64,000 nucleotides of DNA from Nitrospirota bacterium. GTDB lineage: Bacteria; Nitrospirota; Nitrospiria; Nitrospirales; Nitrospiraceae. Positions 1 to 9,448 of this stretch are shown in pieces (positions within the stretch are counted from its first letter, which is position 1; each line of letters starts with the position of its first letter). Location: positions 128,001 through 192,000 of the forward strand of contig CAVPBK010000003.1 of the NCBI GenBank assembly GCA_963701855.1, in the 5' to 3' direction. The notes below the pieces were generated by a model. It saw nothing but the letters and a program-made list of their open reading frames with translations. It searched no databases and was not told the origin of the DNA. The position numbers and the translations under genes are program-made.

Positions 1-750
1 GTGTATGCCCGGTTCTATTCGTATGAAGGGACGATCCCGGCGCTGGATAGCTTCACGCGCTACGTGAGGCGGTATGGGGTTCCGCTGGCCGTCTACGCGG
101 ACAAACATACGACCTATCAATCGCCGGCCCCACCCACGGTGAACGAGCAGTTGGCCGGAGTCAAGCCCATGAGTCAATTTGGGCGAGCGCTGAGCGAGCT
201 GGGGGTCGAGCTGATTCCGGCCCACTCCCCCCAGGCGAAGGGGCGGGTGGAGCGGCTCTTTAAAACCTTTCAAGATCGGGTGATCAAGGAGCTGCGGCTA
301 GCGGACGTCTCCACGCTGGACGCGGCGAATCAGTTCCTGAATGGCTATCTGCCGATCTACAATCGGCGCTTCGCCGTTCAGCCAGCTCAGACCGCCGATC
401 TGCATCGCCCCCGTCCTGCGCACAGGGAGCTGGACCGCATCCTGTGCCTGAAGACGACCCGATGCCTGCGCCGTGACTGGACGGTGGCCCACCACGGGCA
501 CCTCTATCAGGTGCGGACCAATGTCCGGGCGACCCACGTCATGGTTGAAGAACGGGTGGATGGGACGATGCGGATGACCCACAATGGCCGGCCGCTCACG
601 TATCAGGCCATCGTCGCACGTCCGCTGCGCGTGCCGTCCCCTCCCAAGATCGCGCTCCCGCAACGCCCAGTCACACCGACACGAGCGCATCCGTGGCGCA
701 AACGGCTACTGCCGACACGAGACACACATGCGGCGGCGGCCATTATCTAA
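1..750 (+). CDS. DDE transposase, ISNCY/IS1202-like (C-terminal part; 5' end outside window)
   Basis: Integrase-core motifs YADKHTTY, QFGRALSELGVELIPAHSPQAKGRVERLFKTFQDR. Confidence 0.9.
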   Translation: MYARFYSYEGTIPALDSFTRYVRRYGVPLAVYADKHTTYQSPAPPTVNEQLAGVKPMSQFGRALSELGVELIPAHSPQAKGRVERLFKTFQDRVIKELRLADVSTLDAANQFLNGYLPIYNRRFAVQPAQTADLHRPRPAHRELDRILCLKTTRCLRRDWTVAHHGHLYQVRTNVRATHVMVEERVDGTMRMTHNGRPLTYQAIVARPLRVPSPPKIALPQRPVTPTRAHPWRKRLLPTRDTHAAAAII

Positions 751-802
751 ACCGGACATTTCTACTATGGGAGAAAGAGGACATTTCTACTGTGGCTTGA
801 CA
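1..802 (+). mobile_element. Right end of IS1202/ISNCY-like insertion sequence
   Basis: After the transposase stop, GGACATTTCTACT is repeated at 754-766 and 779-791, and the element ends ...TTGACA (TGTCAA on the minus strand) at 802. Confidence 0.75.
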
Positions 803-886
803 CGCGATGCAAAGTATCTGGTGGATTTGGGGGAATTCCGCTATACTGCGCGGCGCGTTGCTGTACCTAGAATAGAAAGGACGGAC

Positions 887-1294
887 ATGGAACGACGGGC
901 TGCTTCCCATACAGAAGAAGAAGAGATGAACCATCGTCGGCGGTTGCTGAATGCCGCGAAGAAAGGCGATCAGAAGGCTATCGGCAAGCTGTTAGAGCTG
1001 TATCAAGTGCGGATCTATAGTGGCGACATGGTGACGAAAATGAATAAAACATCCGCAACACACAAACTTCAGGCTCAGCTCGCGGAAGGAAAGCCTGTCA
1101 AGGGTGGGTCGGGGAGTCACGGCAAGAAGGCCGCCCCTTCGAAGCCCGGTTCGGCGAAACTCAGACATGAAAAGTCCGTTGAAAAACGCAAACCTGTGAA
1201 AGCCAAATCGCATTCTGCCATCGCGAAGCCAAAAGCTAAGCCAAAGACAAAACCTCGGCCAGCCAAAGCAGCGACAAAGAAACGCAAGAAGTAG
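887..1294 (+). CDS. Small Lys/Ala/Pro-rich basic protein with histone H1-like tail
   Basis: RBS GAAAGGA before ATG 887; TATACT -10-like box at 842-847; C-terminal KPKAKPKTKPRPAKAATKKRKK. Confidence 0.65.
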   Translation: MERRAASHTEEEEMNHRRRLLNAAKKGDQKAIGKLLELYQVRIYSGDMVTKMNKTSATHKLQAQLAEGKPVKGGSGSHGKKAAPSKPGSAKLRHEKSVEKRKPVKAKSHSAIAKPKAKPKTKPRPAKAATKKRKK

Positions 1295-1305
1295 TGCGTC
1301 CGCGA

Positions 1306-1602
1306 TTACTGCACGGCTACTCGTAGTCCTCCCCCACCCAGTTTTGCGGCGATCTCTTCCGCTTCTGCCAGCGTACCTGCGAACACGATGGCTTCTCCAT
1401 CATGGTCGATCTTCCATGCGAGCTCAAAGGCCTTCGCGGAGTTCATGCCAGGAATGTATTGGCAAAAGAGCGCAATGACCTGCTCATAGGTGTGACATTC
1501 GCAGTTGAACACGATCACCCGCGCGTCGACCCCAGCACTTGTGTCGATGCTGGTGGTCTCTGCCGGGGCGGGAGGGGCGAAGGGGGTGTTCGTGCCTGCC
1601 AT
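1306..1602 (-). CDS. clpS: ATP-dependent Clp protease adaptor ClpS (atypical)
   Basis: ClpS core pattern VIVFN..HTYEQV..LF...GM...AFELAWKID.DGEAIV..G..AEAE. Confidence 0.75.
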   Translation of the reverse strand: MAGTNTPFAPPAPAETTSIDTSAGVDARVIVFNCECHTYEQVIALFCQYIPGMNSAKAFELAWKIDHDGEAIVFAGTLAEAEEIAAKLGGGGLRVAVQ

Positions 1603-1659
1603 GGGGATGAATTCTAGCAGACTTGATTGGAACTTTTAAGTAACTACTCAGGTAGATAG

Positions 1660-1815
1660 GCCGAAGGCTTTTGGACTGAAGGTTTTGGTGCGAGATAATG
1701 TATTCTCCTTCGCCGAATACCCCGTAGCTTCCGGCCTTCGTAGCCGAAGCGGCTACTTCGGCGGAGTAGGCTACTGCGGGGGAGTTTCATAGCCTTCAGC
1801 CTTCAGACTGAACAT
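1660..1815. repeat. Heptamer-type (CTGAAGG/CCTTCAG) inverted repeats enclosing a REP-like palindrome
   Basis: GGCCGAAGG/CTGAAGG on the left, AGCCTTCAGCCTTCAG on the right; internal GTAGCCGAAGCGGCTAC hairpin; related to 58644-58715. Confidence 0.5.
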
Positions 1816-1831
1816 CTGACTAATTACACTT

Positions 1832-2518
1832 TTAATAGCCTGCCCGGATGAGCAGGTGGTTGGTTCTCGGCCAATTCTCTCGGATACAGGATTGCGCATA
1901 GAGCGTGAAGTGAGCGGGGGAGTCTGTGACTGGTTGGAGCTGGTGTGCCAGCGCGAGGGTCTGTGTATAGGCGAGTGAGGCGGATGTTTTTACGAGGGCG
2001 AGCCCATATTCAAAGCGGTACCCATCTTCAAGGGCGAGGCTCCTCTTTGAAAGTGCTCTCACCCGACCGAGATCATAGGAGTGCTGTCTAAACGAATCGT
2101 CCATGAGGCGTAGGAGCGCGGCAGGACCTGGCACGAGACTGTCGCCGATACGAAGACTGTGGGACGGCTCGAATAGTCCACGTTGGAGACGACGGTCCTG
2201 GCGAAGCGCCATGTGAAAGCGCACGCGCCAAAGAGGGTCGTGCAGGTCACGATCGATGACGGCTGCCATCGTAGGTGGTAGTGGTCCACTCACGTCATAG
2301 CCTTGCACGAGGCGTCCGGACTCGATAAGGTCCGGGAAGCTCATGCCCATTCGATCTTGGAATGCCGTCATCCCGGACATGGGGGTCAGCTGCAGCGCCA
2401 TGAAATCGCGAAAATGGACTGTGGCAAAGCGAGTCAGGAGCCGTGTCAAGGTCTCTGAGTGGCAGAGATGAAAGGGATAGAACAGGGCGTGGGGTGCTCG
2501 ATGTCGATTCATCGACAA
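1832..2518 (-). CDS. Hypothetical protein
   Basis: 228-aa ORF filling the gap between neighbouring genes. Confidence 0.7.
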   Translation of the reverse strand: MSMNRHRAPHALFYPFHLCHSETLTRLLTRFATVHFRDFMALQLTPMSGMTAFQDRMGMSFPDLIESGRLVQGYDVSGPLPPTMAAVIDRDLHDPLWRVRFHMALRQDRRLQRGLFEPSHSLRIGDSLVPGPAALLRLMDDSFRQHSYDLGRVRALSKRSLALEDGYRFEYGLALVKTSASLAYTQTLALAHQLQPVTDSPAHFTLYAQSCIRENWPRTNHLLIRAGY

Positions 2519-2540
2519 AATCTCCCGGTCATGCTAGGTT

Positions 2541-3620
2541 TTGCGCGTGCGATATCTCTTCACGTCGTGGCTTGATTTCCTGCTCATTTTTGTCCCGGTG
2601 ACGATCGCGCTCGAAATCCTTCGAGCCGATCCACTGATGGTCTTTGTGTCGGCCGGACTTGCCATTATTCCATTGGCGGGCCTGTTGGGACGAGCCACCG
2701 AGCATTTGACAACCCATGTCGGTGCCGGCATTGGCGCGCTGCTTAATGCCTCGCTCGGTAATGCCGCGGAATTGATTATCGCACTGGTGGCTCTGCATGA
2801 GGGCCTTCACGATGTCGTCAAGGCCTCTCTCACCGGCTCAATTATCGGCAACATCTTACTCGTTCTCGGGGCCTCCATGTTTGCCGGCGGGATGAAGTTC
2901 GAACAGCAGAAATTTAACCAGACCGCTGCCGGAATGGGCGCCAGCCTCCTGTTCCTGGCTGCTGTGGGACTCATCATTCCCGCGCTCTTCCATTTCATCG
3001 CCGCCGATCGTGGCGTCGCGATCGAACGAAATTTAAGCCTCACCATATCATTCGTACTTTTCGCCATTTATGTTGCAAGTCTATTGTTTACTTTGAAGAC
3101 ACATCGCCATCTGTTTGCCGGAGAGGCCCATAATGCTTCGGATCTCGGAGAGCAGCCCTGGACCCGGGGCGTGTCGATCACGGTACTCACAGTGGTAACC
3201 TGTCTCGTGGCTCTGATGAGCGAGATGTTGGTGGGGGCACTGGAGCCGGCTTCGCAGCAACTTGGGCTCACGCAAGTCTTCGTCGGCGTCATTCTTGTCG
3301 CCCTTGTGGGGAATGCGGCCGAACATTCCACGGCCGTGATTGTGGCGCTGAAAAACAAGATGGATCTGGCCTACGGTATTGCAGTTGGGTCCAGTTTGCA
3401 GATTGCATTGCTCGTTGCCCCATTGCTTGTCTTTGCCAGTTATTTCTTTGGAGCGCCGTTGGATCTGATTTTCACACCCTTTGAGGTGGCTGCGGTGACG
3501 ATCTCGGTCCTGATTGTGGGATTCGTGGCGATGGACGGAGAATCAAACTGGATGGAGGGTGTGATGTTGGTCGGCGTGTATGTGATGCTGGCGATTGCCT
3601 TTTTCTTTCTGCCCGCCTAG
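2541..3620 (+). CDS. cax: Calcium/proton exchanger (CaCA family)
   Basis: Two alpha repeats GNAAE ([22 protein letters not shown]), GSSLQIAL, many TM helices. Confidence 0.93.
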   Translation: MRVRYLFTSWLDFLLIFVPVTIALEILRADPLMVFVSAGLAIIPLAGLLGRATEHLTTHVGAGIGALLNASLGNAAELIIALVALHEGLHDVVKASLTGSIIGNILLVLGASMFAGGMKFEQQKFNQTAAGMGASLLFLAAVGLIIPALFHFIAADRGVAIERNLSLTISFVLFAIYVASLLFTLKTHRHLFAGEAHNASDLGEQPWTRGVSITVLTVVTCLVALMSEMLVGALEPASQQLGLTQVFVGVILVALVGNAAEHSTAVIVALKNKMDLAYGIAVGSSLQIALLVAPLLVFASYFFGAPLDLIFTPFEVAAVTISVLIVGFVAMDGESNWMEGVMLVGVYVMLAIAFFFLPA

Positions 3621-3724
3621 CAGGATGCTGAAAACGTCTGCCAGAGCAAGAAGATCATTATTTGGTTCGTTTGGTTAAGCCGGCCAAACCAGATGAACTA
3701 AACAAGCCAGTTTGAGCGTTCTGC
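3620..3724. repeat. MITE-like element with terminal inverted repeats and internal nonamer palindrome
   Basis: GCAGGATGCTGAAAA ... TTTGAGCGTTCTGC; homologous to 56547-56684 (reverse strand). Confidence 0.6.
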
Positions 3725-3727
3725 AGT

Positions 3728-3940
3728 TCAGAATTTATCCATGTCGATGACTTCCGTGGCTTCCCACAGATTTTTCTGCTCGGCATCCGCCAGTTTCTTT
3801 ATCTGATCCTCTTCCGTCTCTTCACCGAACTGAGCCGTTTGTGTAGGCACAGTCGTTTTCTTTTCTGGCGGAGAGGAGTCTGCCTCTGGTGGCAACGGCT
3901 GCTTTCTTCGCTTCTTGGCAGGGTCCATATTAACGGGCAT
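3728..3940 (-). CDS. Small hypothetical protein
   Basis: ORF MPVNMDPAKK...MDKF with GGAG upstream; start uncertain. Confidence 0.5.
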   Translation of the reverse strand: MPVNMDPAKKRRKQPLPPEADSSPPEKKTTVPTQTAQFGEETEEDQIKKLADAEQKNLWEATEVIDMDKF

Positions 3941-4003
3941 GGCAACTCCGATGTGCTCGAGGTTGAGTTTCCACCTCACCCAAGGACAAAGTCAATCGAG
4001 CAG

Positions 4004-4128
4004 CATGATGCTGAAAAAGTCCGCCAGCATCGTTCTCACCTCGAAAGCATCCTCAACGTAGCCCGGAGGCTACGCCTCCGGTGCTTCCATCGGCTGCGGC
4101 CTTGCTGACAGCCTTTTTGAGCATCCTG
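4004..4128. repeat. MITE-like repeat (~125 bp)
   Basis: TIRs CATGATGCTGAAAAAG / CTTTTTGAGCATCCTG, internal hairpin CCGGAGGCTACGCCTCCGG; related end at ~4182-4208 and ~49605-49637. Confidence 0.7.
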
Positions 4129-4227
4129 CAAGGGTGGTAGCTTTTTGCTCTAGATGTGCAGGCCATCGATCTCTGCTGTGCCGAAACGGTGTTTCCTCAG
4201 CCTGCTAGGAAGTCTACGAGCGTCCCG

Positions 4228-5364
4228 CTAGTACAGTAGCTCGGCGATGGTGTCGGCCTGCAGGAGGCCTCGTGCCGAGAGTCTGCTTCGCTCACCGTCT
4301 TCTTCGATCAACCGTTGCGCCAGTAACTGTGAGGTGACTGCCGTATGCCCGTAGTTCTTGGCATGTTGATAAAGATGGCGTGAGGGAATACCTCGAATCA
4401 GGCGTAATCCGAAAATCACGGCGTCGCGGAGTTGCTCCTCCTCCGAGAGCGTGATGCGATCTTCAATAGGGAGACAGTTTATCGCGAGCGATGTGTTGTA
4501 GGCCATGAGGCCGGCGACGTTGCCGAATCTAGTTCCGTCCAGATAGGACTGTGCGCTCGGCCCCAATCCAAGGTATTCACCATTGGTCCAATAGAGCAGA
4601 TTGTGCCGGCAGGCATATCCCGGTTCGGCATAGTTCGACACTTCATACCGCTTATAGCCGGCGTCGCCGAGCATCCGTTGCGCGGCCTCGTCCATTTCAA
4701 TCTGAAGACCGTCATCTGGAGCTGGGCATCGTCGACGCTGGATGTTGGAAGCGAGTCTCGTATCCTCTTCGACTGTGAGGGCATAACAGGATAGATGTGC
4801 AGGCTCCAGTGTTAGACAGTGGGTCAACGTCCGTTGCCAGCTCACCAGGGATTGGCCGGGGAGCCCGTACATTACATCGAGATTGATGTTGGTGAATCCG
4901 GCAGCTCTGGCCTGAGTCACTGCTGTGATGGTTTCACTAACAGCGCCGGGCCGTCCGACCCGAGATAGATCGCCATCCTCCATCGATTCCGCGCCGAAAC
5001 TCATGCGAGTCACCCCAGCCTGAAGTAGTTGATCAAGACCCTGCTGGGAGACCGTGGAGGGGTGCGCCTCAACGGTGATTTCACAGTCTGAAGCGAGGGT
5101 GAGATGTGTGCGAATCTCGGACAGGATTGCGATAAGCTGAGTCCCTGCGAGCACCGTCGGTGTACCACCTCCAACATAGATGGACTGGATGGGACGATCT
5201 GCGGCCAGATGTTGTTGTGCCGACAGACCGATCTCATGAATAAGGGATTGGACAAAGGTCTCTGCTCGGTCCTCACGATAGATTTCAAGGTAGAAGGCGC
5301 AGAAGTCACATCGCTGTCGACAGAAGGGGATGTGAAGATACAAACCAAGGGGAAAGGGTGTCAT
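4228..5364 (-). CDS. hemW: Radical SAM heme chaperone HemW (HemN-like)
   Basis: LYLHIPFCRQRCDFCAF, GGGTPT, YEVSNYA, HNLLYW. Confidence 0.9.
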   Translation of the reverse strand: MTPFPLGLYLHIPFCRQRCDFCAFYLEIYREDRAETFVQSLIHEIGLSAQQHLAADRPIQSIYVGGGTPTVLAGTQLIAILSEIRTHLTLASDCEITVEAHPSTVSQQGLDQLLQAGVTRMSFGAESMEDGDLSRVGRPGAVSETITAVTQARAAGFTNINLDVMYGLPGQSLVSWQRTLTHCLTLEPAHLSCYALTVEEDTRLASNIQRRRCPAPDDGLQIEMDEAAQRMLGDAGYKRYEVSNYAEPGYACRHNLLYWTNGEYLGLGPSAQSYLDGTRFGNVAGLMAYNTSLAINCLPIEDRITLSEEEQLRDAVIFGLRLIRGIPSRHLYQHAKNYGHTAVTSQLLAQRLIEEDGERSRLSARGLLQADTIAELLY

Positions 5365-5633
5365 GATGATAGGCTAAATCCCTGTGGTTTGGAAAAGTCC
5401 CGTGCGAGGACGATTTCAATTTCGTCGGCAGGTGATTTCCCACGATTACGCACATGCGTCTGCCAGGACCGGTGCTGTCGCAACGATTCAAAAAGCACCT
5501 TGAGAAGATCCGGTTTGACTCGCGCTTCCCACTCTCGCACCCAGGCCTGGTTTTCCTCCTCACCTTCATAGTCGTCGGGAAAGGATGCCTCCAGGCTGAA
5601 CCGAAGGGTAAAGGTTTTTTCTTCTTGGTACAT
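5361..5633 (-). CDS. Hypothetical protein
   Basis: RBS AAGGAG before MYQEEK; overlaps hemW start by 4 nt. Confidence 0.7.
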   Translation of the reverse strand: MYQEEKTFTLRFSLEASFPDDYEGEEENQAWVREWEARVKPDLLKVLFESLRQHRSWQTHVRNRGKSPADEIEIVLARDFSKPQGFSLSS

Positions 5634-5710
5634 ACAACTCCTTGGAGCCTGCCAGATTGCCAAGTGATCGGCCCGATCTTATAATACATTCAGAATAAGG
5701 AGAACGATCT

Positions 5711-5938
5711 ATGCCTATCTTCGAATATGTCTGCGGGGAATGCAATCACAGGTTCGAGCTGTTGGTGTATGGTTCCACACAAGCCGCCTGTCCAAAGTGC
5801 AACACCACGAAGTTGGAGAAACAAATCTCTTCGTTCGGGGTCGGCGGCACGGATGGTTGGGTGCTGCCAGGTAGTGGTGGGGGTGCCTGCGGAAGTTGCG
5901 GCGATCCCCGCGGCCCCGGCTCTTGTTCCACGAATTGA
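5711..5938 (+). CDS. FmdB-family zinc-ribbon protein
   Basis: MPIFEYVCGECNHRFE...CPKC, C-terminal CGSC; RBS TAAGGAG. Confidence 0.9.
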   Translation: MPIFEYVCGECNHRFELLVYGSTQAACPKCNTTKLEKQISSFGVGGTDGWVLPGSGGGACGSCGDPRGPGSCSTN

Positions 5939-5940
5939 CT

Positions 5941-6261
5941 ATGGAGTCCGGCGACCAGGCTTTGCAGCGCGCGATTGCTGCCATTTCTCAGTCCGATCCG
6001 CTTACCAAGCTGCTTGAACAGATAAAGCTTGGTCGAATGAAACCCACGGATGCCGGACTGCGCGTCGTGACCGACTCGTGGTTGAATATCTATAAAAGGG
6101 TTATAGAGTCGGGTGGACTCAGCAGCCAGGCCTTGCGCCGCATCGATCCAGACCCCCGTCTGGCAGTGCTGATCGAATGCGGAGTGTTGACAGGTGAGCA
6201 GCAGGCGGTCGCTGCTCTCCGCACGAGTTTTGAGCGGGCTGTCGCCGCTGCAACGGAGTGA
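5941..6261 (+). CDS. Hypothetical protein
   Basis: ORF starting 2 nt after the FmdB stop; operon-like spacing. Confidence 0.7.
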   Translation: MESGDQALQRAIAAISQSDPLTKLLEQIKLGRMKPTDAGLRVVTDSWLNIYKRVIESGGLSSQALRRIDPDPRLAVLIECGVLTGEQQAVAALRTSFERAVAAATE

Positions 6262-6270
6262 TCTGATCCC

Positions 6271-6936
6271 ATGTGGGCTCTCTGCGTCATCGCCGTTCTG
6301 CTCATGACCGTAGGATCAGCTGGAGCAGGGTGGGCGGAAGATGCACTCGGTACGAGGCCGCTGCTGACGATTGCACGCAAGGATCTTCATACCATCCTGC
6401 CTCCAGACTGCCATATCCTGATCGATTCTCACTCAATTGAACAATTTCTCGATGCACTGGATGGCAGCCCTCCGAATTGGGGCCTGGTTTACGGCCGTGG
6501 CCATCACGACCCAGACCATGACGAGCGACTGTTTACGCTGAACCGGGAGCGCGATGCGAAACGCGCAGGCAATCCCGCGTTGACGCAGTGCATCACCTTT
6601 GTCTGGTTCGGCGAATTGTCTCGGTATGACGTGGAGGCTGGTGGATTTCGCGTGGTGTTTGGCCCCAAGCTCACGCCGACTCGGTGGGGCGCTGTTCGCT
6701 TCAAATACGATGATCTTCAGGGTGAACTTGTCGCAAAGACTTCAGCGACGTTGCGGGGCATACTGGAGCAACGATTTGTACGAGGCGAGTCGATCGATAT
6801 TACTGTCGTCATGACTGGACGTCTCATTCCTGAGGAGTCGGTGGTGTACGATTTTTCACATGACCAAGAAGGCCTCGGAGTCATAATGCCAGTCGTGAAG
6901 GTCGAACGGCTCGACTATTTGCTGACGAATAAATAG
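6271..6936 (+). CDS. Hypothetical exported protein
   Basis: Signal-peptide-like N-terminus; operon-like spacing. Confidence 0.7.
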   Translation: MWALCVIAVLLMTVGSAGAGWAEDALGTRPLLTIARKDLHTILPPDCHILIDSHSIEQFLDALDGSPPNWGLVYGRGHHDPDHDERLFTLNRERDAKRAGNPALTQCITFVWFGELSRYDVEAGGFRVVFGPKLTPTRWGAVRFKYDDLQGELVAKTSATLRGILEQRFVRGESIDITVVMTGRLIPEESVVYDFSHDQEGLGVIMPVVKVERLDYLLTNK

Positions 6937-7152
6937 AACTGCCGTAGTGCGCTGTCTCCTGCGTACGTATTCTTTCTTGTTTGATCCCGCCTCTTCGACC
7001 GGGCAGTCCTGAACAGACAAGGTCCAACCCAGCGGCGATTCTGTAGGGTTTTTCAATCAATCCTGCGAATGATCCTCCGCAGATGTTCCTAATATCGTCT
7101 TTTTCGCGCGATACAGGTAGAGCGCCTGCTCAGGGGCATTGGTTTTGCTCCA

Positions 7153-9441
7153 ATGTCTGCGCGTGAGATCGTGCGACAGTCGCCAAGGAACAGGGGGTTG
7201 GCAATGGCTCGTGTCACAACTCGAATACATATGGCTATGCAATGTCTGACTAGTTCCTTCGTTATCAGGAAGTATCTTGGAGCGGCGGTCATACTGGCGT
7301 TGGGATTACAGATGCTCTTTTCCAGTTCGGGTGACGTTGCATCTTTGTATGCGGCAGAGATCGTTACGGCTTCAGGAAATTCTCCCATGAAATCCGATAG
7401 CGGTCAGGGGGGCCGCACAGCAGGCATTGTTGCCATCCCTGCAGTGGAACCTATTCTCAAGCCGGGGAAAGAGCCCGATGGTTCAAAGATCGGAAAGAAA
7501 CCCCGGAGGTTGATTCGAAAATCCTTGGCTGAAGGGCCTCAACCCGAATCTCTCCAGCAAGCGGATCAAGGACGTTCATCGAGTATGCTGCCGGAAGGCG
7601 ATCATACGACATCCACGACCAAAGATTCATTGGCTGGAATGGCCAAATCATCAGTGGGCATGAGCCCTGTTGGTTCACCGGCTTCGTCTGGAAGTTTAGT
7701 CTCCACCACATCGCAAGGGATGCCAGCATCTTCGGCGGTAGCCGGAATATCAACGGCATCGTCTGGCTCATTGGTTGGTGCGGTTGGATCTGGTGGGTCT
7801 TCCTCTGGCGGAGGAAGAAGCGCGCAGAATCTGATTAGGCAGTTGCCTGGGTTGCAGCAGCTCCTCACGGCCCACCCTGTCACGTCGGATCCTCCGCCTG
7901 AACCGACCGCAGCACCTGCGCCTCCGTTGGGAGCACCGCAAGCTGGATTGCCTCCGGCTCCGCCGAATTGGCTGGCGTACCATGTCTTGAATCGGTTGGC
8001 GTACGGTGGCACACCGAATCAGCTCAATACCGTCTCGCACCTCACCGCTCAAGAAGCCGTCGCATGGGCTGTTCGCTATATGAAGGAACAACTCGAACTC
8101 GATCCCAATAGACCTTGGCCGACGAATTTGCACAATACTCAGCCGCTCCCTGCTCCGATTGTCCCGGATGATTCAGCGCTCAGTCAGATGCTTGCTGCGG
8201 ATAGGGCCGACTGGCGAACTGAAGACGGGCTGCCAGACGTTTTGGCGCCCTCGCTCAGCGAGCTGCAAGATCATGATCTGATTCGAAAGGTCTATAGCCG
8301 GAGGCAGCTCAGGGAAAAGATGGTCTATTTCTGGGACAACCATTTCAATACTAATTATCGGACACATAGCAAGGGTCAGTATGAACTGGCAGAAAATGAA
8401 GCGTTTAGAGCAAATGCGTTCGGAAAATTTCTCGATCTGCTCATGGTCAGTGCTAAGAGCAGCGCGATGATGATTTATCTCAACACCGATGTGAATCGCA
8501 AAGAAAATCCGAATGAGAACTATGCGCGGGAGCTACAAGAATTGCATACGCTCGGAGTCGATGTGAACGGAAACCCGAACGGCTATACGCAGGCCGATAT
8601 CGTGGAGGCTGCCAAAGCCTTTACTGGATGGACCACATTAAACGTGGCTCGTCCGGGGTTTCAGTTCATTGCCAGCCGGCATAGTCCTGGGGCAAAGCAG
8701 TTCTTGGGGCAGACGGTGTCGTCCAACGGAGTCGGTGACGGTGAACAGGTGCTGGCGATTGCCTCGCGCCATCCATCCACTGCCGCGCATCTTGCCAAGA
8801 AATTATGTGTGTACTTTGTGATTGATAATCCATCGACGTCTCTTCTGAACGAAGTCGCGTCGGTTTTCACCGACTCCGGCGGCGACATCAAGAAGGTGTT
8901 GATCGCCATCTTTACCTCTCAGGATTTCAACAACGTGACGAATTATCGAGGGCTGATCAAAACGCCTTTGGAAATCGTTGCAAGCTTGCACCGTAACCTC
9001 GGTGTCTGGTCGCCGATCGATCCATTCCGGAATCGCTTGGTGCGCATGGGACAAGGCCTGTACGAGAAGGCGCCACCAACGGGGTATAAAGAAGCGGCCG
9101 ATGAGTGGCTCAACACAGACGTGATGTTCAACGAAGTGAGCTTCGCCTATGAGGCCACGATTTCAGGATTCGGGTCAACCATCCGATTTGGATCGGACAC
9201 CAGCGGTGGTTTGACCAGACTCTGGTTGAAGAGCCTCGGGCTCAAGACGGAAGAAGATGTATTGGGGTTCCTCTTGAATTTGACCTTCGACCGGCAGGTG
9301 AGCCTCACGGAGTATCAGACCTTTCTCACTACCCTTCGAAGTGGTGGTGGAACCTTCAATCTCGATAACTCCAATGTTGAGACGCCGCTTGATCGAATGC
9401 TGGCAACCGTATTGGCCAGTCCACGCTACAAATACCAGTGA
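7153..9441 (+). CDS. DUF1800 family protein with long Ser/Gly/Pro-rich N-terminal extension
   Basis: HVLNRLAYG, QLREKMVYFWDNHF, PNENYARELQELHTLG, AFTGW, PPTGY; start may be later. Confidence 0.85.
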   Translation: MSAREIVRQSPRNRGLAMARVTTRIHMAMQCLTSSFVIRKYLGAAVILALGLQMLFSSSGDVASLYAAEIVTASGNSPMKSDSGQGGRTAGIVAIPAVEPILKPGKEPDGSKIGKKPRRLIRKSLAEGPQPESLQQADQGRSSSMLPEGDHTTSTTKDSLAGMAKSSVGMSPVGSPASSGSLVSTTSQGMPASSAVAGISTASSGSLVGAVGSGGSSSGGGRSAQNLIRQLPGLQQLLTAHPVTSDPPPEPTAAPAPPLGAPQAGLPPAPPNWLAYHVLNRLAYGGTPNQLNTVSHLTAQEAVAWAVRYMKEQLELDPNRPWPTNLHNTQPLPAPIVPDDSALSQMLAADRADWRTEDGLPDVLAPSLSELQDHDLIRKVYSRRQLREKMVYFWDNHFNTNYRTHSKGQYELAENEAFRANAFGKFLDLLMVSAKSSAMMIYLNTDVNRKENPNENYARELQELHTLGVDVNGNPNGYTQADIVEAAKAFTGWTTLNVARPGFQFIASRHSPGAKQFLGQTVSSNGVGDGEQVLAIASRHPSTAAHLAKKLCVYFVIDNPSTSLLNEVASVFTDSGGDIKKVLIAIFTSQDFNNVTNYRGLIKTPLEIVASLHRNLGVWSPIDPFRNRLVRMGQGLYEKAPPTGYKEAADEWLNTDVMFNEVSFAYEATISGFGSTIRFGSDTSGGLTRLWLKSLGLKTEEDVLGFLLNLTFDRQVSLTEYQTFLTTLRSGGGTFNLDNSNVETPLDRMLATVLASPRYKYQ

Positions 9442-9448
9442 GGTGGGT

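Noticed and set aside
584..886. N-terminal extension of the 584-1294 ORF
   Set aside because: It overlaps the transposase and IS end; the RBS supports a start at 887.
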